DNA from: Cirrosporium novae-zelandiae
Lineage: Eukaryota
Direction: 5' to 3'
DNA length: 64,000 nucleotides
Assembly: GCA_026023565.1 (NCBI GenBank)
Contig: JAPETS010000030.1
Coordinates: forward strand, 1 to 64,000
In this document: positions 25,801 through 37,426 of the stretch, in pieces
Numbering within the stretch: position 1 is the stretch's first letter
How the letters are laid out: the number at the start of each line of letters is the position of its first letter
Notes under the pieces: generated by a model
What the model was told of the DNA's origin: nothing
Databases searched by the model: none
What the model saw: the letters and a program-made list of their open reading frames with translations, nothing else
Made by a program: the position numbers and the translations under genes

Positions 25801-27389
25801 ATCAAAAGCATGCTACTCTGTAGACCTGGTGGGATCGTCTTGATACACGAAATGGAAATATTGGTGAATGAAATCCAAGCATCCGAGCATCCAAGCACCC
25901 AACTAGTGTACTGAAGTAAGACGAGCCATTGCCCTCCATATATGGGTATGATGTGATCAGAGACGGTTGATCAATGAAGGGCTAAAGAGGAATGAACACA
26001 CCGTTGGAATGGTCCGAATTAACACCGTAGCGTCTGCGAGGTCTGCATCACATAACTAGCGATGTAGCTTTAAACAGGCCAAGTCCTTGTACAGCTGGCT
26101 TTGAAAGAGCGCAAGTACACAACTAGACCCGTGGCTAGATGCCGAGAAGCCACACAAGGGGAACCGAGCTCCTCTAGAAGCACGAGCGCTACACCTGAGA
26201 ACTCGGACGTCAGGATAATGCCTCTATCAGCTCTGGTCTCTGTGCCTAGCTCTCCCCAGTCCCAGGTTTCAATATTTTTTTTGAATCTTGTGACCATAGC
26301 TATCGAAAAGGAAACATATTTGTGTTTGCAAAGAGACGGAATGCTAGAAGCCGACCTTATAGCCTCCTTCAACTTTCTAGTCGTCGCAACAGCTCACCAA
26401 CTTCGTACAGAAGACTTCCAAATGAATTTTGCTTCTATCATTCGAGTACAGCTCATGCCTTCTATCGACTAACCGTCTGGCTGTTTGAATGGCGCAGGCG
26501 GTTATGAAAAAGCCTTCCTAATCGAATTTTCAAGGCTTCGAAGCTACTTTAGCATCTTCTATGCTTTCTAGACATTCCTAACCAAACCTTGCTACTATGA
26601 AAAGGAAATCCTTTTGCCTATGAACAAAAGTTTCAGGAATTTTTACCCAACGTAACCCATGGCATCCTACCGACCTCTTTATGATCTACACTCCATCTTA
26701 CTCTTGCCAAGCCCTTTTTATCGGATTTGTTCCTGTTAACCCTAGCGCTTTCTTGCATCAGGACCATGAGATCTTATCTTGAATTATCACTGTCTAACTT
26801 TTATCGTCCTTTGATAATAACATGACCGTTCATGCTAGAGACTAGCACTAATGATTGACTACGTGGAAATTCCTAGATTGATTGTGATAGTTAATATATT
26901 TAATAGCACCTTGATATCTCTCTCACTTTATACGCTCTGAGCTCTATTTTCTAATCACCAAGGAGATCCTACCGCCAAATAAATCCAAGATCTCCCACTT
27001 CTCATTGATGCCCCTAAGGCATTTAAGTGTTGTGGAATAATTTATGCCTCTACATATCTCGATCAATTACTACCATCTACTGGCTTACAATACTCACAAT
27101 GTATAATTTTCTCATACTTATTACGCTTAATCCAAAATCGACCCATTTTCATCTCGATGTACGAAAGTATAGGCGATCAAGTAAACACATGGCTCTCTTA
27201 GAATTTTTGCTCGAAATTTTAATTTGTTGGTTCATAATACTCAACGGATAAGATCACGAAGAGAATAATCTTTAGTGGATTTAGATTATGTGGTTTACAT
27301 ATTCACTAATTCTATATATAATCCAATTGATATTAATCCAACTCAACTTTCAATCATCACTGCGCGAGCGTCTCTCAACTCCTTTAGTA

Positions 27390-28250
27390 TCACAATACTC
27401 TCAACAATGCAACCGCAACAGCACCGATTAGGACGGGGAGACTTGATAGTGCAACTTGCAAAGACCCGGCAGCATTAGAGGTTTCGGTTGCAGAAGCAGT
27501 TGCCGTAGCAGTCCTGGTGGCAGATACTTCGGTGGCTTTCAAAGATGTAGTAGAATTGGAGGCAGCAGTCGGAGTGGCCGATGCACTGTGGATACCTGAT
27601 GAGATTATGGACGATGTTTCCGACGCCATGTATCCTGAGGCAGACCCTGTTGCAGATGGCCAGTACGAGTAGCTTGAACTACTATAATACCCGCTGTAAT
27701 TGCCATCGTAATCAGTGGACATGACAACCCCTGGGCATTTCGCCGCACAGCTATCATCTCCGTCACACTGCCTGACGCAAGCCACAGCATCACAGGGCAA
27801 ACCACTTGGATCTCCCCACAAAACATAACCATCCAGCTCCTCTTCCGACCACTCACCAGTCCCCCCTACCAGCTTGAAATCATTCGAGTACTGGAAACCA
27901 GACTCTCCGCCCCCGTGGCCACCATATTCAGCCACAGAAAGAGAGTAGTAATAACCCGAGGGGCCAACATCCGCCGGGATGGTCAGCGTGAGCGAGGTGG
28001 TGTCGATGGGAATAGAATCGTTGGAAAGGCTGCAGACGGGACCAGTGCCCCATCCTGGAGGTGTCATGGCGAGCCAGACAACGAAGGAATCAAAGTCAGC
28101 ATCGAAGGAGCTGGAGAAGCCGAGGTCGTTTTCGATGTCGACTTCGAATGGTTCTCCTGCGGTGATCCTGTAAGGGGCATCGATAGACTCAAAAGCCAGG
28201 GTTTGGGAGAGAAATAGCGAGAGAGCCACAAGCGCGAAGGGATGATGCAT
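27390..28250 (-). CDS. Secreted, probably GPI-anchored Ser/Thr-rich cell-wall protein
   Basis: Signal peptide MHHPFALVALSLFLSQTLA, a Cys cluster (PCDAVACVRQC..CAAKCP), an S/T-rich stalk, an omega-like SNAAG and a hydrophobic C-terminus. The Met at 28250 is preferred over the ORF-track start. Confidence 0.85.
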   Translation of the reverse strand: MHHPFALVALSLFLSQTLAFESIDAPYRITAGEPFEVDIENDLGFSSSFDADFDSFVVWLAMTPPGWGTGPVCSLSNDSIPIDTTSLTLTIPADVGPSGYYYSLSVAEYGGHGGGESGFQYSNDFKLVGGTGEWSEEELDGYVLWGDPSGLPCDAVACVRQCDGDDSCAAKCPGVVMSTDYDGNYSGYYSSSSYSYWPSATGSASGYMASETSSIISSGIHSASATPTAASNSTTSLKATEVSATRTATATASATETSNAAGSLQVALSSLPVLIGAVAVALLRVL

Positions 28251-29639
28251 GATTACTAAAAAGGTGTGTGTAATAATGAATGAATTCCTGATGGTGTTTA
28301 AAAGAATGTAGTTGACTTGGAAGTCAAGGGTCTGTATGAACGAGGGACGGGATAAAAGATCAAAGACACAGAACACAACCAGAGACACATGAAGCAAGGC
28401 ATCAATGGAACTATAAGAACCTTACCGCAGGTCGATGCGGCTCAAAATCAGAGTTTACCGTCTCATGATTAATGATTCGGAGATTTCTCAAAGCATGTTA
28501 GGGGGGGGCTAAAATCCCCATAATAGGCGCGACAATGAAAGGGAAATCCTAGAAGGGTAACTGAAAAGCGGCACAGAAGGATTCTGGAGTTACAGTGGAC
28601 TCCATATCTAGCAATCCTATGGGTTACAAATTTGAGAGAGGCGGATTCTTGGCATTGGTTTCGAACTCGGATAAACCAATGAATAGTTCACATTTAATTA
28701 TTAGGAAGCTTTCAACGGGGAGTTCCAGCAACAACAAAAAAAATTGCAGCAACTCCACGCCCGTTGGCAGTTATCACTAACGGCCAAAACGGGTGTATTG
28801 CAGGTAGAGGTTAAATGTAATTTTGGGGATGTCAAATTGGAAGTCTGAATGAAAATTGGGTAAGGATCAATTTAAGCTTGCTTTGGATTATAAGTCTAAT
28901 TGTTTAGTTTAATCCAAGTCCCTTGGTTTTACCCCCTGCGTTAGTCTCTGATTCTGATTGCATTGTGGGAGTTGGGTCTATTCATCGCTCACGAGAGAAT
29001 TTTTCAGCCAAACGAGTCTCTTACCGCGGCCTTCATAACCTATAGAGGATACGGCTCCCTCTTATTATGTCGAGAACAAATATATGCCCACTATGATTGG
29101 TGGAATATTACTCCGATCTCCGGAATGAACATGCTTGATACACACCCTGGGAAAGAAAACAGTAGCATGGCGACACACCTCATTCATAAATCATAAAAAT
29201 ATGTAGTTAAGTGGTTACATAAAAGTTAACGTATAAGCTGCACAAAGCTGTACGGGCGCAATTTAACCTGAGGCCTGGAATCCGAGACATCGTTCAGAGA
29301 CTGACGTTCAACTCTTCTTATCAGAACATCAGAATTTCCGGGTATGATCTCATTCGCATCATCTGCTAACAGATACTTCTACGTTCATTTCTAGTGACCA
29401 ATGGCCTAGGATGGTACCAAGAAGCGATGGTACATGCATTGCTACCTATGATGCCAACATTTTATGTAGCGTCACTTTGGGTACCAATTTTAGATGGCTG
29501 AACTATTTCTAGACCTCCATTTTATGCAGCCAAGCCCTCAGTAAAGTAAGCTGAGCCGACGTCGATGATTGATTTAAAGGGTTATCGGCGCATGCAGCAA
29601 AACAATGATATAAAATATTATATATCATGACTCTGAATT

Positions 29640-31938
29640 ATGGACCCTCTCAGCTTAGCAGGAACCATTCCTGGTCTCATCTCCCTCGCTGCCGAAGTAC
29701 TGGCGAAATGCTACTCGTTCGGCTGCACCGTCGCCAATGCATCCAAGGAGATGCAGAAGCTGGGCAATGAGATTGCCAGTCTCAGCGGCGTTCTTCTCGG
29801 CCTCCAGTCACTCGTTGCATCTGATACAATTACTCCAGATCGACAGAAGGCTATCATCATTTCTATAACGGGGTGCGGGGAAGCTCTCCAAGAATTACAC
29901 CAAAAGTTGGGTCTTGCAAAGGATCCTAGTAAAAAGATTGGGGTAATAACGAAACTTGCCTGGCCTTTGAAACAAACTGCCACATTGGAATTGGCAAACC
30001 GATTGGAGCGACAGAAGAATACGTTGGAAATTGCCATGGTCGCAGAGACATATATTGTTGCCGATGAGACAAGACGCCAGGTTTCCATGATTCGTGAGGC
30101 GCTGCCGAGCATGAACCAGCAAGTATTCAGATGGCTTTTCGAAGGAAACTATGAAAACCCACATCTTCGAGCCTCTACCCTGCAACTTTCGGGAACCTGC
30201 ACATGGCCTTATGAGCATCATGCTCTCCAAGAATGGCTGGGTTGGTCCGGCAAGCCTGTTTTGTGGATGCATGGAATCCCAGGTTCTGGAAAAACGGTTT
30301 TGGCCTCAAACATTATCAATTACTGCCTTCGGTCCATACCTTCACCCGAATATGCGGTAACTTACTTTTATTGCGATTTTCGGGAAAAGGAAGCGCAACA
30401 ACCCGAGGCCGTCATAGGTGCTTTGATCTCTCAGTTGTGCACAAAATTACCTTCGATCCCGGAGTCAATCATGAAGACGTTCCAAAATCATCGGACCGCA
30501 TCCGGGGATGTCAGCCCCCCAACATACACTACCCTACTATCTTTGTTCGAGGAAACATTGGAACATCTTGCTCGTGTCAAGATCGTTATCGATGGACTGG
30601 ACGAATGTAACTGTAGGGATAAGCTGCTGGAGAACCTTCTTAATCTTCGTGATAAGGGTCCATGCCAGCTGAGTCTTTTGATTTCTAGTAGACAAGAGAT
30701 GGACCTTCAAAGATTGCTTCGGGATGTCTCTAATATCCCACTTAACTGGGACACCGTTAATAATGACATTAATCGGTTCATTGAAGTGGAAATCGAGTCC
30801 CAACCACATTTCCACCGATTAAACAAAGAATTCAAAGTTGAAATCGTGGATACCCTCAGTAAACATGCTCGCGGCATGTATGACTTCTGTGGCTCATTGA
30901 ACTTTATTGAATCAGCTAACACCAACCAGGTTTCGATGGGTACAGTGTCAACTCGACGAATTGGCAAAGTTTCGAACGAGACGGGCGATACGCCAAGGCT
31001 TGAGGGCGCTTCCATCAGACCTCAATGAGACATATAAACGTGTACTTTTGAAGATCAAAGAGAATGATATCACATTGGCGCAAAAAGCATTGACCTGGCT
31101 TATCTTTAGCCGGAGACCCCTAAGCCTAAGGGAACTTGCTGAGGCCTCAGTTCTAGAGACGGGTATCGACACGTTTGATCCTGAATCAAGGTTGGAAGAT
31201 GCAGAGGATATTCTTGAAATATTAGGATGCTTGGTCTCCTACGATGAAAACTCACGTTTGGTGACACTTGCCCATTACACGGTTGGCGAGTACTTTCTTT
31301 CTAGCTACGCATTAACTTGGACACCAGCATATCATTTATCACCTGGTGCAGGAAATATCCAAATTGCAAAGGGGTGTCTTACATATCTCCTTCTCGATAA
31401 TCTACCTCACTTGAAATATAAAGAACGCCTGGAATCCTATCCCCTCCTAAACTATGCTGCTCGCTACTGGACTACACATGCACGCCGCAATCTCTCCACG
31501 TGCCCCCCTCTTCTCGATCTCGCGATGACCCTTCTCAAGCCAACTACTCCACCAACCCCAAATTTTTACTCATGGGTGCAAGCCCTTGTTCAGCGGCCTA
31601 GTTGGAAGTCCCACTCCCTCCCTCGCCATTTTACTCCTCTTTACTTTGCTGCCTCCTTTGGTCTCACGCCATGCGTTCTCAAGTTACTCGACGCTGGCGT
31701 CGATATTAACGCACGTGGTGGGTCATACGGTGGAACTGCGTTACACGCTGCATGCTGGCGGGGTCATCCTGAGATTGCCGGGATTCTGATTAATAGAGGA
31801 ATAGACCGTGACATCCTGGACTGGAACAGGGCTATGGCAAGATATTTTATTACGCACCAGCGCCTCCAGGCGGGGGCACAGAAGGATGCTTGGTTGAAAA
31901 GTGGGATCATAGATGATAGATCCATTAAAGGAAATTGA
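29640..31938 (+). CDS. Fungal NLR-like STAND protein: N-terminal HeLo-like helical domain, NACHT, winged helix, ankyrin repeats; two exons
   Basis: MDPLSLAG..KLAWPLK N-terminus; Walker A WMHGIPGSGKTVLAS; YFYCDF; Walker B IVIDGLDEC; GM|FRWVQCQL across an intron at about 30877-30929; LPSDLNETYKRVL; TPLYFAASFG and TALHAACWRG. Confidence 0.9.
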
Positions 31939-33312
31939 GATGTTCTGAGAACAAAGCTGTCCAATACTCGATTCACATTCACCTGTTGCATCGATATCTT
32001 GTATCGATAGCCCCTCAGGCCAGGCTTCAAGAAAGACACCGAAATATGATGTGGTTTATTGATACATCTTGTCTAGATGTAAAAAATTCCATGCATAATC
32101 TAGGGTATATGCATACTGTGACGACTATTTGCGGTTTAGCCCAAATCATAATCTATACACGCCTACATAACATGCACATGTCTATATATTTATACATAAC
32201 AAACTCTTGGATATATGAAATATTTTTTCTCAAGACTATGAGCAAATCTTGTGTTATGGCGTAGCCAGGCTATATGTTTTAATACCCCACGATCTTTGGC
32301 TGAGGTAGGTAAGAGTGTTTGATCGTCTCCCTCACGGATGGGGGAGAACTGTCTCTGTTTCTTTTCATTTGTTATTTCCTTGTCCATACTTTCTACCGCT
32401 TCTCCAACAAAAACCTTCACAATAAAACTAAATCTCCCAAAGGGCACCCTCTCTCCTCACCCTTCTTATCTCTCTGCTCCCCCTAACCAGCCCCACCACT
32501 CCCCTCATAAACTGTGTCTACACCAGCAACACAAGCATAGCCTACACCGCCCTCCATCACTACTACTTAGGGCGTAGATGTTGATGGTGGCGGTGATGAG
32601 CATGGTGGGAATGGGGATTGGGGGCTTGGGAGCAACCAGGGAGTATTCTAACTACATACATATTGTCAAGGTAGATACACGGTATCAGTGTTGTTGCTGA
32701 GCTATATAGATTGCTTCAGAGCAGGTACTTGGTGACTTGGGTGGTAGCGCACGGGCCATTTTTGTCACATGAGAAATTGGATATTAATAATATCATTCAA
32801 GTACGTCTCAACATTCCCCTTCTCTTTCACCGTTAACTCTTCATATTTGAAGTGTCATCGTTTCTGTATCCTGAAGGAGAAGGTAATTGCGTGCCGCTAT
32901 CACTCAGGCAGACCAGGGAACGCAGATTGATGGTTAAGCGCACCTACTTTCCCTTTACGGCCCCCTCTAACGTGGGGCTATCAGCCAAACTTGACCGTAA
33001 TAGGGAAAGCAATTCCCTTGTGTGGGTTATTGGTGTTAACCCTAACGTTAGGACCAAAAGTTATATCCGCCTGGCCGTCATCCTGGCCGTCATCAGCCTG
33101 ACCATGACGCCCTTGAAATAATTGATTAGAAATTTTCTACATTTTCATAATTTTTGTCAATATGCCTTGACTTGTATATATATATGTACATTTTGCAAAT
33201 CTCCTCTCTGTCTTTATTGCTAACTTTTTAATATTTGTTAATATTCGTCTACATTGCTCTGGTCGAGTTTATATTTGTCTATATAAAGTCTCCTTTTTGA
33301 TTTATCTATATT

Positions 33313-35091
33313 ATGGAGGAGGTAGATAACCTTGAAAGACGACCATCCCAAGCAAGAACTGAGCATGAAGGAATATTGGAAGAAGAATCTCTTGAAGCAA
33401 GAGTCGAACGTCTAGGGCGAGAACGGCCACAATGCTTCAAAACTCCCGGGTCCGAATTGGCGTTCTGTTTTTCTATTCTCATGTGTCAAATCCTGGCTGT
33501 GAGTGTTCAGACGGACGCCTTCGAAGGACCTGTCTCTTACGGCCGACAAGGGATAACTGTTAATATCTTGCTCAGGAATACTTCGTCTCTGGCTTCAACA
33601 TCATCCTACCAACTCTAGTAAAGGAACTCTCAATTCCCCAGGCCGCTTCAACTTGGCCAGCATCTGCATTTTCTCTCGTGACCGCAAGCACGTAAGTTCA
33701 GAATATATCACTAATCTCAATCTCTCATTCCACTCAATTACGGTCGTGTGATATTGACTGTACATGAAACCTCCAGACTCTTCATTTTTGGTCGTCTATC
33801 TGACATGTACGGAGGACAGCCGGTTTACCTCTTCGGCCTGGCCTGGCTCACCATCTGGTCCCTGGTTGCAGGATTCTCCCAAAACGAGCTGATGATGGAT
33901 TTCTGCCGTGCGCTCCAAGGGTTCGGGCCCGCGGCCTTCCTCCCCTCCAGCGTCATGATCCTCGGAAAAACCTACCGACCAGGCCCGCGCAAGAACCTCG
34001 TCTTCAGCATCTACGGCTCATGCGCAGTGCTGGGATTCTACCTCGGAATCCTCATCTCCGGAGTAGCAGCCCAGCTCCTTCGATGGAACTGGTACTTCTG
34101 GGTTGGCGCCATTCTCGCATTCATCACAACCATCGTAACGCTCTTCGCCGTACCCTCGGACACCAGTGAAATACGGGCCTCAAAAGCAACGATGGACTGG
34201 CTCGGAGCGATTCTCCTAGTACCGGGACTCATCCTCCTCACCTTCTCCATCACGGAAAGCTCGCACGCCCCCTCTGGATGGAAAACCCCATACATCCCCA
34301 CACTCCTCGTAGTCGGGATCCTCTTCCTCGCAGCATTCACCTACGCCGAAGGCTGGGTATCCCCGAACCCGCTACTCCCGCCCTCCCTCTTCAAAATCCC
34401 GCACATGACAGCCCTCACCATCGCCCTGCTCTTCTCCTTCGGAAACCTCGGCATCTACCTCCTGTACACAACCTTTTACATGGAAAACATTCTCCACCTC
34501 ACCCCTTTACTAGTAGTCGCCTACGTAACCCCCATGTGCGTTGGCGGGCTCATCCTCTCCACCCTCGGCGGCTTACTCCTGCATCTAATCCCAGGAACGG
34601 CACTCCTCCTCTTCTCCAGCCTCGCCTGGGTGGCCTCCTCCCTCCTTTTCGCTCTCCTCCCCACCCATGACCCTTCCTACTGGTCCTACATCTTTCCCTC
34701 TATGCTCTGCGCTACCCTCGGCATCGATATAATCTACAACGCCACTAACGTCTTCGTAACTACCTCCCTCCCAGCCGCCCAACAGGGGCTCGCGGGTTCC
34801 CTTGTAAACTCAGTTCTCTATTTCGGAATCGCAATACTCCTCGGTTTTTCGGATATTGCTCAGACTCAAGCTTTGAGGGGAGGGGCGCGGCTGAGAGAAA
34901 GTTATAAGGTCGTGTTTTGGTTCGAGGTCGCATGTAATTTAGTAGCGTTAGCAGTAGTAGCCATGAGTGTTAGGGTCGGAAGGGCCAGGAGCGAGTTGAC
35001 GGTTGATGAGAGGGTGGTTTTGGAGAGGTTGGCTACCAGGGAGGTGGAGAGGGAGGGAGAGAGAGAGAGGGGGGTTGGTGGGGGATTGTAA
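33313..35091 (+). CDS. MFS drug:H+ antiporter (DHA2-like); three exons
   Basis: FGRLSDMYGG (MFS motif A), RALQGFGPAAFLPSS..YRPGPRKNLVFSIYG and many hydrophobic segments. Introns about 33499-33575 and 33692-33777. Confidence 0.9.
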
Positions 35092-35650
35092 TTACGTAGA
35101 GTGTGAAAAATGAATGAAGCAATACCTTCTCTCGTCCTAGTTCAGTATTATCCATCCATCTATCCAAACAAACAGAGAAACAAACAAATAGGTAAAAAAA
35201 ATAATACCACCATCTACACCACACAAAAGATAACCCATAACCTATAACCTATAGATAACCCGAATCAAATTTTCAACATCCAACATCCAACCAACCCCCC
35301 CCAAAAAAAGAACACATAGTCTACCATCTCAAATCTCAATCTAAACTACAACCAACACCCCTCCCCTTCCCTTAACAGCCTAGCAACTCAAAAAGCTCAT
35401 AATAATCAAAATAACCCCAACACTATGCATACATGCATGCACATTACTTACTTACCATACTTCGTTCACTCAATTACAAAATCAAAAACAAATATACATC
35501 TAGTCTATATACAATCTCTCTCTCTCTCTCTGTTATCTTTATCTACCTAGGTAAACTAAGTAGTCTAATTAAACTAAAAAAAAAAAAGTAAAGAGAATAA
35601 AGGGGAGGAGGAACGAGAGGAAGTGTGCGTGGTGAACGTGGTGGTGTTGG

Positions 35651-35917
35651 CAGTGAAGGGAATGGACCAGACCTTGATTGCCCAAGGTCGATTTTGGTCT
35701 ATCACGTGTATATATGTATATATATAGTATATTACTGAAGTACCTAGGTAGATACTTGGTATATTTTTTATTTTGTAAAGATTAATAATCATCTTATCTC
35801 CACGTGATATCACGTGGAGATAAAGCATGGTATTGTAAGTCGGAGATATGAAATTTTGTTCCGCGCTCCGCGCGGCCTTTGTCATGCGACCGACGGTCTG
35901 GTCCATTCCTTTCACTG
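35651..35917. mobile_element. hAT-like MITE, 267 bp, 8-bp TSD GGTGTTGG
   Basis: Ends CAGTGAAGGGAATGGACCAGACC / GGTCTGGTCCATTCCTTTCACTG. Identical GGTGTTGG at 35643-35650 and 35918-35925. Confidence 0.9.
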
Positions 35918-36014
35918 GGTGTTGGGATATAGAGAAAGGGAGGGGGGAATATACCGTCGCCAAAAAGTGAAGGCAACATAGATATTAATGGTGGTTCAAG
36001 AACTACTGTGGATA

Positions 36015-36449
36015 TTGGAATATGAAAGGAACCACCTTGTAACACACCAAAAACCATACAGTCAATTCCCCAAAAATCAATTAAAATATTTTTTTAAATT
36101 TTTGATGATAGTATATTTATTTAATATCTATAAGAAATTTGTCAATAAATTTTTAAACTAAAAAAATAATTAATTTTGTACAAATTATCCTCAAGTATTG
36201 GTTTAGGGGCTTAAATGCTAGAGAAACCCTTACATTTGTTAATAGATTTAGTTTAATGAACCTATCTAACGATCAGGCCCGCTCAATATATTATTTTTGA
36301 ATGTAAAAAGTTAATGTAGAGCTACTATCAGTATTTAGACTAATGTATTCTTGCCAGAAAAATAAAACATATTATTTCTGAATTTTAGGGAATTGGTGGT
36401 TTGTATGATCTTTGGTGTGTTAAACAAGGTGGTTCCTTTCATATTGCAA
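36015..36449. mobile_element. MITE/foldback-like element with ~65-70 bp TIRs and a very AT-rich interior
   Basis: The left arm AATATGAAAGGAACCACCTTGT-AACACACCAAAAACCATACA..CAATTCCC matches the reverse complement of about 36380-36449. Confidence 0.8.
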
Positions 36450-36697
36450 CATTGTAAAGGCAGCACCTAATCTAGGTTGTGTGATAGAATAACTATATAA
36501 GTAGTGGCTAACTAAGGATAATACTATAAGGTTCGCATTCGAGACGCAGTAATGATGATAGCTTTAGGAGTGCGGTATTTCTTATAAGGTTCGCTTGCGT
36601 CGAGGCAGCGCTTAGCAAGCGCATCAGACGCAATGCTTGGCGTGCCCTAATAAACATCCACAGCAAATGGTTGCGTTTGAGCTTTTGATATTATTGT

Positions 36698-36848
36698 CAG
36701 TGAAGGGAATAGGCCAGACCAGACCGGTCTGAAGGCGATTATTGCTGCAGCAACAGTCGTGAACGTCCTTACTGCTGGTCCGTGCCATCCAACATGAGGT
36801 TATTTTGACTATATCAGACCGGTCTGGTCTGGTCTATTCCCTTCCCTG
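36698..36848. mobile_element. hAT-like MITE, 151 bp, 8-bp TSD ATTATTGT
   Basis: Ends CAGTGAAGGGAATAGGCCAGACCAGACCGGTCTGA / TCAGACCGGTCTGGTCTGGTCTATTCCCTTCCCTG. ATTATTGT at 36690-36697 and 36849-36856. Confidence 0.92.
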
Positions 36849-37426
36849 ATTATTGTTTCGGCACTTACTTCGATACTGAGGAGGGCTTACGTGTGCTGCT
36901 AACATCCACCATTCGTTCACCCAATTCCCAATTCACCTACTTGTATCTATGACGCGTTTCCCCTCAACTCTACCCGCGCTATAACCTTATACTTTCCGCC
37001 TCCGATCCTCATCCCTAGACCTTGTTCTTTATATCCTCTCCACCCTTTCCTTGTTACAAATTCGAGCGAATCGTGTGGATTCAAACGTGCTCTAAAAGTC
37101 AAAAAACACCTTAAATACGCAAATACAAATCAGAACAGGGCCTAAAAAGCAAACTAACCAATAAAGAAATCACTTTACATTCAAATGTAGGATTTGGCTA
37201 TTCAATTATCCGGGTCGAACGCGAATCACCATTCCACATGGAATGCTGGATCAGAGAGCTTCCCGACTTCTCGCACATGAAAGCACTGGTATACATGGCT
37301 TTCTGCCGGCATTTTCTGCCTTTTTGTAGTTGTATTTCATAATCTTTTCCCTTCCTTTTTTTAGCATTCTTAACTGATATTTTCAAATCCAAGTATATTC
37401 TCATAGTTCATTGTTTCTTTTATGAT

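Noticed and set aside
36596..36632. GC-rich stem-loop as a Helitron 3' end
   Set aside because: There is no CTRR terminus at the expected distance and no Rep/helicase remnant.
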